From Polyangiaceae bacterium (GTDB lineage Bacteria; Myxococcota_A; Polyangia; Polyangiales; Polyangiaceae), in NCBI GenBank assembly GCA_044222475.1, contig JBGANF010000038.1, positions 1 through 62,806 of the forward strand: DNA of 62,806 nt, in the 5' to 3' direction. Below, piece after piece: positions 14,675-24,961 of the stretch. Both the position numbers and the translations under genes were made by a program. Position 1 is the stretch's first letter, and every line of letters begins with the position of its first letter. Under the pieces are notes generated by a model. The model saw only the letters and a program-made list of their open reading frames with translations. It was not told where the DNA came from and searched no databases.

Positions 14675-15771
14675 ACCCCCGCCGACAGGGCTTCGAGGAG
14701 GCGGTCGACGTCCGCGTCCTCGTGGGCCGCGCTCGCGGCGAGGCGGATCCGGGACGCCGCCTCCGGGACGGTCGGCGGGCGAATCGCGACCGCGTGAACC
14801 CCCCGCTCGTGCAGCCGCTGCTGGGCCGAGAGCGCGGCCCGCTCCGTCCCGAGGACCCACGGGATGATGGGACCCACCGTCCCCGGCAGGCCGAAACCGA
14901 GCCCCTCCAAGTGGGCCCGAATCCGAGCCGCGTGGCGCAGGACCCGCTCGCGGCGCCACGGCTCCGCCTGGGCCCGCTCGAGCTGGACTCGGGCGGCCGT
15001 CGCGAGGAGCGGGCTCAGCCCGGTCGAGAAGACGAACGACCGAGCCTGGTTCCACAGCCACCGGACCAGGGTTGCCGAGCCCGTCACGAACGCGCCCTGG
15101 CTCCCGAACGCCTTGCCGAACGTCCCGACCAGCGCGTCCGGCTCGATGCCGGCGGCTGCGGCCAGCCCCCGGCCGTCGGGCCCGAGGACCCCGAGCGCGT
15201 GCGCCTCGTCGACCACGAGCCCGGCGCCAAACCGGTCGCAGTGCGCCCGAAGCTCGGCGAGCGGAGCCACGTCGGCGTCCATGCCGAAGTAGGACTCGGT
15301 GACGACCCAGGCCCGGCGTTCGGACCGGCCTTCGAGGGCGCGGGCCACCGCGGCGGCGTCGTTGTGGGGGGTGATCGCGACGCGCGCCCGCGAGAGCCGG
15401 ACCCCGTCGATGAGCGACGCGTGGTTCAGGGCGTCCGAGACCACGAGGTCGTCCCTGCCGACCAGGGCGGAGATCAGCCCCACGTTGGCGGCGTACCCGC
15501 TGCTGAAGGCCAACGCCGCCTCGGTCCCGAGCCACCCGGTGACGGCGGCTTCGAGCGCGGTATGGGCCTGACGCTCACCGGAGACGAGGCGCGACGCGCC
15601 CGAGCCCGGGGCGGCGCTCTCGGTCACCGGGACCCCGGCAAGACCCAGGTAGTCGTTGGTCGAGAACGAGACCGCCCCCGCCGGGAGCGGAGCCGGGCGC
15701 TCCCGCAGGCGGTCGGCCGCGGCGAGGGCGGCGAGCTCCGCTTCGAGGTGGGCGAGGCCGGGATGTTTCAC
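14671..15771 (-). CDS. bioF: 8-amino-7-oxononanoate synthase
   Basis: FSTNDYLGL, GASRLVSG, SGYAAN, NHASLIDG, DEAH, TFGKAFG and IRPPTVP motifs; GTG start inferred. Confidence 0.93.
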   Translation of the reverse strand: MKHPGLAHLEAELAALAAADRLRERPAPLPAGAVSFSTNDYLGLAGVPVTESAAPGSGASRLVSGERQAHTALEAAVTGWLGTEAALAFSSGYAANVGLISALVGRDDLVVSDALNHASLIDGVRLSRARVAITPHNDAAAVARALEGRSERRAWVVTESYFGMDADVAPLAELRAHCDRFGAGLVVDEAHALGVLGPDGRGLAAAAGIEPDALVGTFGKAFGSQGAFVTGSATLVRWLWNQARSFVFSTGLSPLLATAARVQLERAQAEPWRRERVLRHAARIRAHLEGLGFGLPGTVGPIIPWVLGTERAALSAQQRLHERGVHAVAIRPPTVPEAASRIRLAASAAHEDADVDRLLEALSAGV

Positions 15772-15779
15772 GTGAAACG
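15764..15779. promoter_or_regulatory. parS site (overlaps inferred bioF start)
   Basis: TGTTTCACGTGAAACG, identical to the 14481 copy. Confidence 0.85.
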
Positions 15780-15784
15780 GAGGC

Positions 15785-16084
15785 CTACTCCTCGGCGGCC
15801 TCACCGTCGAGAGCGTCGTCCACCCGGAGCAGCACGCGGCGGAGCAGATCGCGGGTCTTCCGCTCGAGCTGCTGCCGCTTCGCCCGCTCCTCCTCGAGGT
15901 CGTTCGCGAGGGCAATCGCAGCCAGGAGGATGGCGTTGGGGGCGACCCCTTTGCCCTTGGGGGTGAGCTGGTGGATGCGCCCCTCGACGACGGCGGCGAG
16001 GCGGAGAAGGTCCTCTTCGTTGGCCGAGCTCACCACTTTGTGGCTCTGCCCGCCGACCTTGATCTGCACCTGGCGACGCTCCAT
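15785..16084 (-). CDS. zapA: Cell division protein ZapA
   Basis: VQIKVGGQSHKV, LAAVVEGRI and LLAAIALANDL followed by coiled coil. Confidence 0.8.
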   Translation of the reverse strand: MERRQVQIKVGGQSHKVVSSANEEDLLRLAAVVEGRIHQLTPKGKGVAPNAILLAAIALANDLEEERAKRQQLERKTRDLLRRVLLRVDDALDGEAAEE

Positions 16085-16098
16085 CGGCCGCGAGGATA

Positions 16099-16636
16099 TC
16101 AACGAAAGAGGCCGTGATAGGCGAAAATGAAGGGTAGCGCGAAGATCTCCCCATCGATCTGGAGCCCCCCGAGGATGTCCGCTTGCTGGGCATCCCCGAA
16201 GCCGTAGCGGCCCTCGACGAACAGGCCGATCGCGAGTCCGTATGGCGAGCTGTAGTTGTAGCTCCGCGAGCCCGCCCAGATTGTCGCCGAGAGGCCGGGG
16301 AACCAGCCACCCGGTCCGCCTCGGGCGTGGGCGCCGGCGGAGAGGACCAGCGGGATCGGCTCGGACATGGGGATCAGCCAGGAGATCCCGCCGCCCGGCT
16401 CGAACGTGTCGAAGGCGACCGTCAGCAGCTCGACGTAGGGGCCGATGGCGAAGTCGCTGTCCCGCTTCCGCAGGAACAGGATGTCCGCGTGGAGTCCCAT
16501 GTGGAACACCCCGCGCGGCTCGGTGCGCAGGTCGGCGGCGCCACCGCCGACGAGGAGACCGATGGAGAACTGCGGATCGGCGTGCGCTACGCCCGGGTAC
16601 GCGAACGCCGCAGCGCTAAGGAGTGCAAGCGACGTT
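16099..16636 (-). CDS. Hypothetical secreted beta-barrel-like protein (start uncertain)
   Basis: Signal-like LALLSAAAFAYPGVAHA-DP followed by beta-strand-rich sequence in ORF 16099..17295. Confidence 0.55.
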
Positions 16637-17371
16637 GCCCTGGCAAAGCCGGCAATCGGTGTTCTGGTCCTGACCCGGGACGCAGGCTTGGGCGAGGCTT
16701 CCGCCGGAAGCGCCCCCGATGGTTCCCTTGCAGTTCGGCAGCGGCTGAGAGGCATCGGTGGAGCTCGGCGGGAACGACACGGTACACCCGAAGCAGACGG
16801 TGATCGGGAACTGGAATTCGCCCGACTCGATGTGCGTCCCGCCCAGGGTCTGGCCGAAGAACTTGGCGTACGAGATGAGGGTCTTCGTCGTTCCGGGCGC
16901 GCCACCGAGCTGGTTGCGGAGCGCGGTCGCCGTGTCGGGGTCGACGAGGATGGTCGACGCGGCGCCGTAGCCGGGGGTGGTGCCGGAGGCGACGTCGACG
17001 AACCCGGACGCGGGCACGGTGTACGAGCGCAGCTCGGTGCCCGCTGCATCGGTGACACGCACGACGCTGCCTTGGATCTGAACGCGGTTCGTCTCGATGC
17101 GGGACTGCTGCGCGTTTCCGGTGGCGACGAGTTGGTTGCCGAGGAGGACGACCGGCGAGTACGAGTTCGCGAGCGCCACATCCATCGTCCCGTAGAACGC
17201 GAATGGGCCGCTCGCGGTGGCCGTGTACGTGCACGTTCCGTCCGCGGCAGGCGTCGGCGGCTTGAGCACGCCGACGACGAAGACCGATCCGTCATTGGCA
17301 GCGCACGCGCTCGCGGCGATGCCCGCCACCACGAGGGCGGCGAACCCGTGGCCCCAGATCCTGTTCATCAT
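16616..17371 (-). CDS. Hypothetical lipoprotein
   Basis: Lipobox ASAC; Cys-rich C-terminus (CFGC...CVPGQD...CRLC). Confidence 0.75.
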   Translation of the reverse strand: MMNRIWGHGFAALVVAGIAASACAANDGSVFVVGVLKPPTPAADGTCTYTATASGPFAFYGTMDVALANSYSPVVLLGNQLVATGNAQQSRIETNRVQIQGSVVRVTDAAGTELRSYTVPASGFVDVASGTTPGYGAASTILVDPDTATALRNQLGGAPGTTKTLISYAKFFGQTLGGTHIESGEFQFPITVCFGCTVSFPPSSTDASQPLPNCKGTIGGASGGSLAQACVPGQDQNTDCRLCQGNVACTP

Positions 17372-17433
17372 GCACGTAGAGTAGCGCCGCCGCGAGCCAG
17401 GAGCCAAAAATCACGCAGAGCCTCGGAACGCGA

Positions 17434-18990
17434 TCAGCGCCCGAGCCACCGGCTCAAGGTGGCCACCGGCACCCGCTCGAGGCGGGATTCGCCGCGCGCC
17501 GTCACCACCGGGAGCGTCAGCGTCGATCCGCGCCGCTTCTTGTCGGCGCCGAGGTGTCGCGCTGCGGCGCGGCGGGTCGCGTCGTCGACCTCGACGGAGA
17601 GCCCGAGGGTGCCGGCCAGATGCGTGTATTCTGCAACAACATCCTTCGGGGTCCAACCTTGGGACTCGCAGAACCGGAGCTCCTCGGCGAGACCCAGCGC
17701 GACCGCCTCGCCGTGGAGGAAGCGTTTGAACCCGCCTTGAACCTCGAGCGCGTGGCCGAACGTGTGGCCGAGGTTCAGGAGAGCGCGGCGGCCGTCTTCC
17801 CGTTCGTCGTCGCTCACGATGGCGGCCTTCGCTCGGATCGCGCCCTCGACGATGGGCCGGAGATCGCCAGGGCGGGCGAACGCATCGAGCAGCGGAGCCG
17901 CGAGCCCGAGGGCGACCTTCAGCGCCTCGGCCATGCCGGCCGCTCGCTCGCGCGGCGGGAGCGTGGAGACGTGCGCGAGATCGGCGACGACGGCCGAGGG
18001 CTGGTGGATCGCGCCGAGCAGGTTCTTGCCGGTGGGGTGATCGAAGCCGGTCTTTCCTCCGACCGACGAATCGACCATCGCGAGGAGCGTCGTCGGGGCT
18101 TGGAGGAAACGGACTCCGCGAAGCAGAGTCGCCGCGGCGAAGCCGGCGAGATCACCGACCACGCCGCCACCGAACGCGACGATCAGCGCGTCGCGATCGA
18201 TCTCGGCGCCGAGCGCAGCGTCCCAGATCGTTCCCACGGTGTTCAGGGTCTTCGTCCGTTCGCCGGGCCCGAGCACGACCTCGACGCCGGGCAAGGTGAG
18301 CGGCTCGAGCGCGTGACGGAGATCGGCGCCGCGCGTGCGCTTCACGGTGGCATCGGTCACCAGCACGACCGAGCTCGGGGCGAGGCGCGCGATCGCATCG
18401 GTCAGCGCCGAGGGCGCGCCATCGACGACGTCGACGGTGTAGCTCCGCGTGCCGAGCGGAACGAGCAGCGGTGCGCGCCTCACGAGCGCGACGACGGCGT
18501 CCGCGACCGCCTCGGGATCCATGCCGTCGGTGCCGAGCGAGGCGTGGGCCTCCGCGTAGGCCTCGCGTCGCTGCTCGGTGAGCTCCACGACGCGCGAGAG
18601 CGGATCGGGGCCGTCGAGCAGGGGCCTCGATCCGGTGTCCCCGGCACGGCGCAGCGTCTCTTCGGGCGATGCCGAGAGCGTGATCACGTACGCCTCGTCG
18701 AGGAGGCGCCGTCGCACGTCGCGCAGGGTGACGGTTCCGCCTCCGAGGGCGATGACGCGCGGCTTCTTCTCGTCGAGCAGCTCCGTCACGAGCGCGCGCT
18801 CGCGCTCGCGAAACGCCGACGGGCCTTCGCGCCGCCACAGCTCGGGGATCTTCGCGCCGGCGCGCTCTTCGATCAGGAGGTCGGTGTCGACGAACGGGAG
18901 CCCGAGCCGCTCCGCGACGAACGGCCCGACGGTGCTCTTGCCGGACGCCGCGAATCCGCTGAGCGCGACGCTCTTCTTCGAACCGCTCAT
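17434..18990 (-). CDS. aroB: Bifunctional shikimate kinase / 3-dehydroquinate synthase (AroK-AroB fusion)
   Basis: N-terminal GFAASGKST, DTD, FRERE, ALGGG, RPLL; C-terminal GGGVVGDLAGF, PTTLLAMVDSSVGGKT, LNLGHTFGHA, HGEAV. Confidence 0.93.
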   Translation of the reverse strand: MSGSKKSVALSGFAASGKSTVGPFVAERLGLPFVDTDLLIEERAGAKIPELWRREGPSAFRERERALVTELLDEKKPRVIALGGGTVTLRDVRRRLLDEAYVITLSASPEETLRRAGDTGSRPLLDGPDPLSRVVELTEQRREAYAEAHASLGTDGMDPEAVADAVVALVRRAPLLVPLGTRSYTVDVVDGAPSALTDAIARLAPSSVVLVTDATVKRTRGADLRHALEPLTLPGVEVVLGPGERTKTLNTVGTIWDAALGAEIDRDALIVAFGGGVVGDLAGFAAATLLRGVRFLQAPTTLLAMVDSSVGGKTGFDHPTGKNLLGAIHQPSAVVADLAHVSTLPPRERAAGMAEALKVALGLAAPLLDAFARPGDLRPIVEGAIRAKAAIVSDDEREDGRRALLNLGHTFGHALEVQGGFKRFLHGEAVALGLAEELRFCESQGWTPKDVVAEYTHLAGTLGLSVEVDDATRRAAARHLGADKKRRGSTLTLPVVTARGESRLERVPVATLSRWLGR

Positions 18991-20162
18991 GACGCACCTC
19001 CCTCGGGGTAGCGCGCGACCTGCGCGCGAAAGCCGTTCACGTTCCGCGCGAGCTCTCCGAGGCTGTCGCCGCCGAACTTCTCGAGCAGGGCGTCGGCGAG
19101 GACGAGCGCGACGACCGCCTCGGCGACGACCGACGCCGCCGCGACGGCGCACACGTCGCTGCGCTCGAACGCAGCGTCTTCGGCCGCCTTGGTCGCGATG
19201 TGGACGCTCGCCAGCGGCTTCTTGAGCGTGGCGATCGGCTTCATCGCCGCGTTGCAGACGATGGCCTCGCCGTTGGACATCCCGCCCTCGATCCCGCCGG
19301 CGTGGTTCGAGGTCCGGGCGAAGCGGTCGGTGAAGACGATCGGATCGTGCACGGTGGAGCCGCGGCGTGAAGCGACCTCGAACCCGTCTCCGATGGACAC
19401 CCCCTTGATCGCCTGCACGCTCATCAGCGCTTGGGCGATGCGACCGTCGAGCTTTCGATCCCATTGGACGTGGCTCCCGAGCCCCACCGGGACGCCGGTC
19501 GCGATCACGCGGAGCTCCCCGCCGAGGGTGTCGCCGTCGTGGGCCGCCGCGAGGATCGCCGCGCGCATCTCGGCCTCTGCCTTCGGGTCGGCGCACGCGA
19601 GATCCGAGGCGCGGGCGGCGGCCGGTAGGTCGGCGAGAGGGATGCTCCCCGTGTCGGCGACGACCGGTCCGATGCGCGTGACGTGGGCGAAGACCTCGAT
19701 GCCCACCTCGACGAGGAGGCGCCTCGCGACTGCACCGGCAGCGGTGCGCGCCGCGGTTTCACGGGCGCTCGCCCGTTCGAGGACGTCTCTCAGATCGGCG
19801 CGATCGTACTTGAGGCCGCCGGCGAGGTCGGCGTGTCCCGGGCGCGGTCGCTCGAGTCGCTCGGGGCGTTGGGTCATCGGGCCGGGGCTCATCTTCGTGG
19901 CCCAGCTCGCGAAGTCCTTGTTCTCGATCCGAAGAGCGATGGGCGACCCGATCGTCTTGCCGTCCCGGACGCCGCCGAGGATCTCGACCTTGTCGGTCTC
20001 GATCTTCATGCGCCCGCCACGTCCGTAGCCGCGCTGGCGCCGCGCGAGGTCGGCGTCCACGTCGCTCGCCAGCAAGCCGAGCCCGGCGACGCAGCCCTCG
20101 ACGATCGCCAGGACGCACGGACCGTGCGATTCTCCGGCGGTGAGATAGCGGAAGTGGCCCAT
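18987..20162 (-). CDS. aroC: Chorismate synthase
   Basis: TAGESHG, RPGHADL, ERASARETA, GGIEGGMSNG and ERSDVC motifs. Confidence 0.97.
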   Translation of the reverse strand: MGHFRYLTAGESHGPCVLAIVEGCVAGLGLLASDVDADLARRQRGYGRGGRMKIETDKVEILGGVRDGKTIGSPIALRIENKDFASWATKMSPGPMTQRPERLERPRPGHADLAGGLKYDRADLRDVLERASARETAARTAAGAVARRLLVEVGIEVFAHVTRIGPVVADTGSIPLADLPAAARASDLACADPKAEAEMRAAILAAAHDGDTLGGELRVIATGVPVGLGSHVQWDRKLDGRIAQALMSVQAIKGVSIGDGFEVASRRGSTVHDPIVFTDRFARTSNHAGGIEGGMSNGEAIVCNAAMKPIATLKKPLASVHIATKAAEDAAFERSDVCAVAAASVVAEAVVALVLADALLEKFGGDSLGELARNVNGFRAQVARYPEGGAS

Positions 20163-20187
20163 GGGCAGGGGAAGGTAGCAGCGGGTG

Positions 20188-20496
20188 ATGGACGTTGCGT
20201 CACTGAAGATCGGTCACAAGGATGGGCGGCTGCTCGTGACGATTCACGCGAAGCCGCGGGCCAAAAGGAGCCAAATCAGGGGCATCCGCGACGGCGGGCT
20301 CGATCTGGCGGTCGCCGCCCCCCCGGTCGACGGGGCGGCCAACGAGGAGATCGTGCGCGTCCTGGCCGATTGGCTGGATGTACCAAAAAGGGACATCGAG
20401 ATCGTCCGCGGCACGTCGGGTCGCGAGAAGATCGTCGCCGTCCGGGGGGTAGGGGAGGACGCGCTCCGCGTCGCCCTGGCAAAGGCCGTGGTATGA
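20188..20496 (+). CDS. DUF167 (YggU/UPF0235) family protein
   Basis: KPRAKRS, AAPPVDGAAN and GTSGREK motifs. Confidence 0.9.
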   Translation: MDVASLKIGHKDGRLLVTIHAKPRAKRSQIRGIRDGGLDLAVAAPPVDGAANEEIVRVLADWLDVPKRDIEIVRGTSGREKIVAVRGVGEDALRVALAKAVV

Positions 20497-21290
20497 CGAT
20501 GGCGGTGACACGGGCTTTCGTGAAATACGAGGGACTGGGGAACGACTTCATCGTCGTCGAGGCGGGCGACGTGGCGGTCGCGGAAGCCGTCGCTCTCTGC
20601 GACCGTCACTTCGGGGTGGGCGCGGACGGCGTGCTGATGGTCACTCCGGCCGAGGGTGCTCGCGCGCGGATGACGGTGCGCAACGCCGACGGCTCGTCCC
20701 CGGAGATGTGCGGCAACGGTCTCCGATGCGTCGCGCTGCACCTCGCGCTCGCGGACGGGAAGACCGAGGTCAGCTACCGGATCGTGACCGACGCCGGGGT
20801 GAAGACCGCGCACGTGACCCGCCGCACCGACGACACCGCCGACGTCCGCGTCGACATGGGGTCGGTGCGCGCCCTCGGCCGCCGCATCGTGCGGACGAAG
20901 CTCGGGGACTTCGACGTCGAGATCGGCGACGCCGGGAACCCGCACGCGATCTTGTTCGGCGACTACGATCGCGCCGACGTCGACCGCATCGGACCGGTGC
21001 TCGCGACGCACCCGGACTTCCCGCGCGGCACCAACGTGGAGTTCTGCCGCATCGACGACGGCGTCGTCGACACGGTCGTTTGGGAGCGCGGCGTGGGCGT
21101 GACCCTCGCGTGTGGGACCGGGGCCTGCGCGGTCGGGGTCGTCGCGAAGAAGCTCGGTCGCGTCTCTGGGAAGGCGATCACCGTCGCGCTCCCCGGAGGT
21201 CGGTTGATCATCGAGCCGGGTGACGACTCGACGCCGACGTGGATGACCGGGCCGGCGCGGCGGGTGTTCTCGGGTCGGGTGAGCGGATGA
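20493..21290 (+). CDS. dapF: Diaminopimelate epimerase
   Basis: KYEGLGNDF, GADG, EMCGNGLRC, GNPH, TNVEF and ERGVGVTLACGTG motifs. Confidence 0.96.
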   Translation: MTMAVTRAFVKYEGLGNDFIVVEAGDVAVAEAVALCDRHFGVGADGVLMVTPAEGARARMTVRNADGSSPEMCGNGLRCVALHLALADGKTEVSYRIVTDAGVKTAHVTRRTDDTADVRVDMGSVRALGRRIVRTKLGDFDVEIGDAGNPHAILFGDYDRADVDRIGPVLATHPDFPRGTNVEFCRIDDGVVDTVVWERGVGVTLACGTGACAVGVVAKKLGRVSGKAITVALPGGRLIIEPGDDSTPTWMTGPARRVFSGRVSG

Positions 21291-22885
21291 GCATCCTCCT
21301 CGTCACGCAGGACGAAACGATCCGCGAGACCGTTCGCGCCGCGCTCGATCACGAAGGCGAGGAGTGCCACGTCGTCGTCGACGTGGGGTCGGCGCTCACC
21401 GTGCTCGGAGAGAAGCACCCTCAGCTCGCGCTGATCGACCTCGCGCTCGCCACCGGCTCCGCGCTCGCGCTCGTCCACCACCTCGTGGCGCTCGATCCGC
21501 AGCTCACGATCGCGATCATCGCTCAGCCGGCCAATTTCTCGGCCGCTGCCGAGGCGCTCGCCCTCGGGGCGTCGACCATCCTCGTCGCGCCGGTCACCGG
21601 GGACGCGATCCTCCGCGCCTTTGCCGACGTTCGGGCGAAGCACGGCCTCCTGGATCGCGTCGCCCGCTACCAGGCCGAGGTCCGTGACACCGACGACCTC
21701 GCCGAAGCGATGACGATGGCGGTCGCCGCGCTCGGTCACGAAGACGATCTCGCGTTGAGCGAAGCGTTGGTGGGCCTCGTGCAGCTCGGCAGCGGGGCGC
21801 GCGGCGTCGCGATCTACCAGACGACGAGCGGCAAGCCCGCCGTGCGCCTGGCGGGCTACGGAACGGCGCTCGAGATGCGCGATCGCTTCGACGACGAAGC
21901 GGCGCTCCTCCGCGGCGCTGCCGCGCGGGGAGCCGAGGTCCACTACGTTCGCGTGACCGACGCGCCGGATCTCGCGTTCGTGGTCGAGCGAGCGATGGCC
22001 GTCCGCGAGCACCGGCTCAAGGCCGTGCTCCGATTCGCGACGATGATTCTCCCGCTCCGTCGCGTGGCACCGCGCGGCACGGGAGCGGATTCGTCCCTCC
22101 GACCGAAGAGCCTGTCGCTCCCCGCGTTCGGGAAGATGCTCGAGGACGCGATCGCGCCTCGCGGATCGCGCGCCGCGCTGCTCGCGCTGTTGCCGACCGG
22201 CGAACGCGGGATCCGGGACGAGGACTTGATGCCGATCCTGCGGGAGCCGGGCACCGCCTACGTCATCGTCGACAAGACGGCCTACGTGCTCTTGCCCGAG
22301 CTCGACGCGGCGACCGCGCGCGCCCTGGTCCTCCCGCTGCGGTGGCCGCTGGTCGGCGTCGTCGAGGCCCCCGTCGATGGGGATGGCGCCGGCGCGTTGA
22401 CCGCGCTCGCCCGCGTTCGCGCGCTCGAAGGCAAGGACTCGCCGGCCTACGCGCTCGCCGAGCAGAAGAGCTTCCCCGATCTCTTCACCGGTCTCCTCGC
22501 GTCGCCGGCGAGCGCGCCCCGCGCGACGTCGTGTTACCCGCTCGAGCTCGGCCTCGACTCGGCCCGGTCTCTCGCGCTCCACGCGACGCAACGCGCGCTC
22601 GCCGGCGGGGTGTCGACGATCAGCGTGTCTCACCGCGGCCCGTTCGGGCTCGATGCGATCGTGCGCGACGTCAGCGAGGCGCAGAAGGATCGCGTGCGTC
22701 GGTACGATCTCCGCCCGCTCGACGCGGGTGACGTCGAGCTCGTGGTCATCGAAGGGGCGCGAGCCACGTGGCTGCTCTGCGGTCGCAAGGACAAGGATCG
22801 ACTGAAGGCGATCCACACCAGCGACCCGTTCCTCGCGACGCTCGTGAGCGAGCGCCTTCGTCAGCTGGCGGAGCCGATCCCATGA
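21287..22885 (+). CDS. Multidomain response regulator (receiver plus degenerate sensory/output domains)
   Basis: N-terminal receiver (ILLVTQD, LALIDLAL, ALGA); remaining domains inferred only. Confidence 0.65.
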   Translation: MSILLVTQDETIRETVRAALDHEGEECHVVVDVGSALTVLGEKHPQLALIDLALATGSALALVHHLVALDPQLTIAIIAQPANFSAAAEALALGASTILVAPVTGDAILRAFADVRAKHGLLDRVARYQAEVRDTDDLAEAMTMAVAALGHEDDLALSEALVGLVQLGSGARGVAIYQTTSGKPAVRLAGYGTALEMRDRFDDEAALLRGAAARGAEVHYVRVTDAPDLAFVVERAMAVREHRLKAVLRFATMILPLRRVAPRGTGADSSLRPKSLSLPAFGKMLEDAIAPRGSRAALLALLPTGERGIRDEDLMPILREPGTAYVIVDKTAYVLLPELDAATARALVLPLRWPLVGVVEAPVDGDGAGALTALARVRALEGKDSPAYALAEQKSFPDLFTGLLASPASAPRATSCYPLELGLDSARSLALHATQRALAGGVSTISVSHRGPFGLDAIVRDVSEAQKDRVRRYDLRPLDAGDVELVVIEGARATWLLCGRKDKDRLKAIHTSDPFLATLVSERLRQLAEPIP

Positions 22886-23328
22886 GCGTGACCCAACGCC
22901 TTCGCGCCGCCGGCCCGCGTTACGCGGCGACCGCCCACAAGGACCGCATCGAGCTCGTCGTGTGCGGGACGTCCGCGCGGATCAGCGCGCTGGCGCGGTC
23001 GTCGCTGCGGCTCGCGACCTTCCGTCCGCCCGCCGAGCCGACACCCCTCGTGCCGACGCCCCACACGTTGACGCTCGCGTCGCTCGACGACGGCGTCGAG
23101 CTCCGCTTGGTCGGGCTGCCGCTCGTTCCCGCGTATGCGCCGCTGTGGCCGCTCGCCATGGCGAACGCGGTCGCGGTCGTTCGTCTCGACGACGCCGCGG
23201 CCGAGCTCCTCGACGAGACTGCGGCGCTGATCGGCGCGAAGGTGCTCTCGGCCGAGGCGCTCGTCCCGGGCTTCGCCGAAGACGACGAGGGGATGGTCGC
23301 CGAGCTGGTCATCGGCGCGCTCGCCTGA
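22882..23328 (+). CDS. Hypothetical protein, possible degenerate small-GTPase fold
   Basis: ATGA-coupled to upstream gene; LDDGVELRLVGLP...LWPLAMANAVAVVRLD resembles the MglA/CvnD switch region; no P-loop. Confidence 0.5.
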   Translation: MSVTQRLRAAGPRYAATAHKDRIELVVCGTSARISALARSSLRLATFRPPAEPTPLVPTPHTLTLASLDDGVELRLVGLPLVPAYAPLWPLAMANAVAVVRLDDAAAELLDETAALIGAKVLSAEALVPGFAEDDEGMVAELVIGALA

Positions 23329-24129
23329 TCAGCGCTTCCCGTACGCTCTCCGCGGCGGGAGGTGGATGTGGAACAGCACCTTCGGCGTCACGAGGACCGA
23401 GTGCGGCCGCATCATCTCGTCTTCGGCGACGAGGCCGAGGTTCGCGAAGAGCCCGACGTGGAGGGCGTTCGGCTTGGCCACCGTCAGGCGCAGCGGCTCG
23501 TGCCAGATCGAGTACGTGCCGACCTCGCCGTCGGTGCGGAAGAAGTATCCGGTGACGGGGTGCGTGAGGCGGAGCAGCATCTCGTCCTCGTCGGGGTAGC
23601 CCGGCGCGGAGGTCGTCGAGACCGGCTCGCCCGTGTCCACGACGTCGTAGAGAGCGGGCCCCCACTCGGAGCGGACGATCTCGCGAAACACGTGGTAGCG
23701 GCCGCGCGCGTCGCGCCCGGTCTCGAACGTGTACTCCGCCGGGTGCCAAGGAAGCTTGAACAGGCCGCGCGCGACGTGAACGACGTCATGTCCCAAAGTG
23801 GTACCGAAGAACCACGCCGCGTGCTCGCCGGTGGCCCGATCGCGAACGTAGAAGCGGTAGTTGGTCTGGCCGAAGACCATCGGCGCGAAGGGCGCCATGA
23901 CGAAGCGGAAGTCCGCGTCGAGGAAGGTGACCGCGCTCACGAGCGCCCGTGGGCCGTCGGCGGTCTCGATCAGGTCGAGCTCGAAGTGCTCGGGATCGTA
24001 GTGCGACGCGAGCTTCGCCGGGTCGACCGCCCAGCTGATCATCAAGAAGTGTTCGAGCGGTACTCGGACGTCGAACGGACCCAGGCGTCGGTCGCGGATC
24101 CGCGCTTCGAGGACGTCCTTGGCGCTCAC
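23329..24129 (-). CDS. DUF2071 (YqjF-like) protein
   Basis: [26 protein letters not shown] and LPWH motifs; GTGA overlap with pyrH. Confidence 0.75.
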   Translation of the reverse strand: MSAKDVLEARIRDRRLGPFDVRVPLEHFLMISWAVDPAKLASHYDPEHFELDLIETADGPRALVSAVTFLDADFRFVMAPFAPMVFGQTNYRFYVRDRATGEHAAWFFGTTLGHDVVHVARGLFKLPWHPAEYTFETGRDARGRYHVFREIVRSEWGPALYDVVDTGEPVSTTSAPGYPDEDEMLLRLTHPVTGYFFRTDGEVGTYSIWHEPLRLTVAKPNALHVGLFANLGLVAEDEMMRPHSVLVTPKVLFHIHLPPRRAYGKR

Positions 24130-24896
24130 GCCTCGACGACGGTGCCGATCGGCTCGCCGAAGACGACCCGCTTGATGTTGCCGCGGGTCGTCAGCTTGAA
24201 GACGCGGATCGACTTGCCGTTGTCGCGGCACAGCGTGACCGCGGTCGAGTCCATCACGCCGATGCGATCGGCGAGGAACCGATCGAACGACATCTTGGGC
24301 ACCATCGCGGCGTCGGGGAAGCGGTTCGGGTCCTTGTCGTAGACGCCTTCGACCTTGGTCGCCTTGAAGAGCGCGTCGGCCCCAATCTCCATCGCGCGGA
24401 GCGCCGCTGCAGTGTCGGTCGAGAAGTACGGGTTGCCGGTGCCGGCGGCGAAGATGACGACGTTGCCGCGCTCGAGGTGACGGATCGCGCGACGGCGGAT
24501 GTACGGCTCGGCGACCTGCCGAATTTCGATTGCAGTCTGCACGCGAGTCGCGACGCCGGCCTTCTCGAGCGCGTCCTGGAGGGCGAGCGCGTTGATGACG
24601 GTCGCGAGCATGCCCATGTAGTCGCTCTGAGCGCGGTCCATGCCGGCGCTCGCGCCCTTGAGGCCGCGGAAGATGTTTCCGCCACCGACGACAATCGCGA
24701 TCTGGACGCCCAGCGAGTAGACCTCGGCGAGCTCGCTCACCGTCTCGTGCAGGGTCTCCGGCCTTATGCCCGAGCCGCCCTCGGAGCCGGAGAGTGCTTC
24801 GCCGCTCAGCTTGAGGACGATGCGGCGGTACTTGAGGCTGGGGTGCGGTGCCGGCGGGACGATGGTCCGGTCGTCGAGCTCGGGATGCGGTCGCAT
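24126..24896 (-). CDS. pyrH: Uridylate kinase
   Basis: [24 protein letters not shown] and GNPYFSTDT motifs. Confidence 0.97.
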   Translation of the reverse strand: MRPHPELDDRTIVPPAPHPSLKYRRIVLKLSGEALSGSEGGSGIRPETLHETVSELAEVYSLGVQIAIVVGGGNIFRGLKGASAGMDRAQSDYMGMLATVINALALQDALEKAGVATRVQTAIEIRQVAEPYIRRRAIRHLERGNVVIFAAGTGNPYFSTDTAAALRAMEIGADALFKATKVEGVYDKDPNRFPDAAMVPKMSFDRFLADRIGVMDSTAVTLCRDNGKSIRVFKLTTRGNIKRVVFGEPIGTVVEA

Positions 24897-24961
24897 GCCT
24901 GACAAGTACTCAAGGAGGGCGGTCCGCGCAATGGCACGCGAACGTGCTAGAAACGCCTCCG

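Noticed and set aside
15772..15790. 6S RNA downstream of zapA
   Set aside because: Only about 13 nt separate zapA from bioF, leaving no room.
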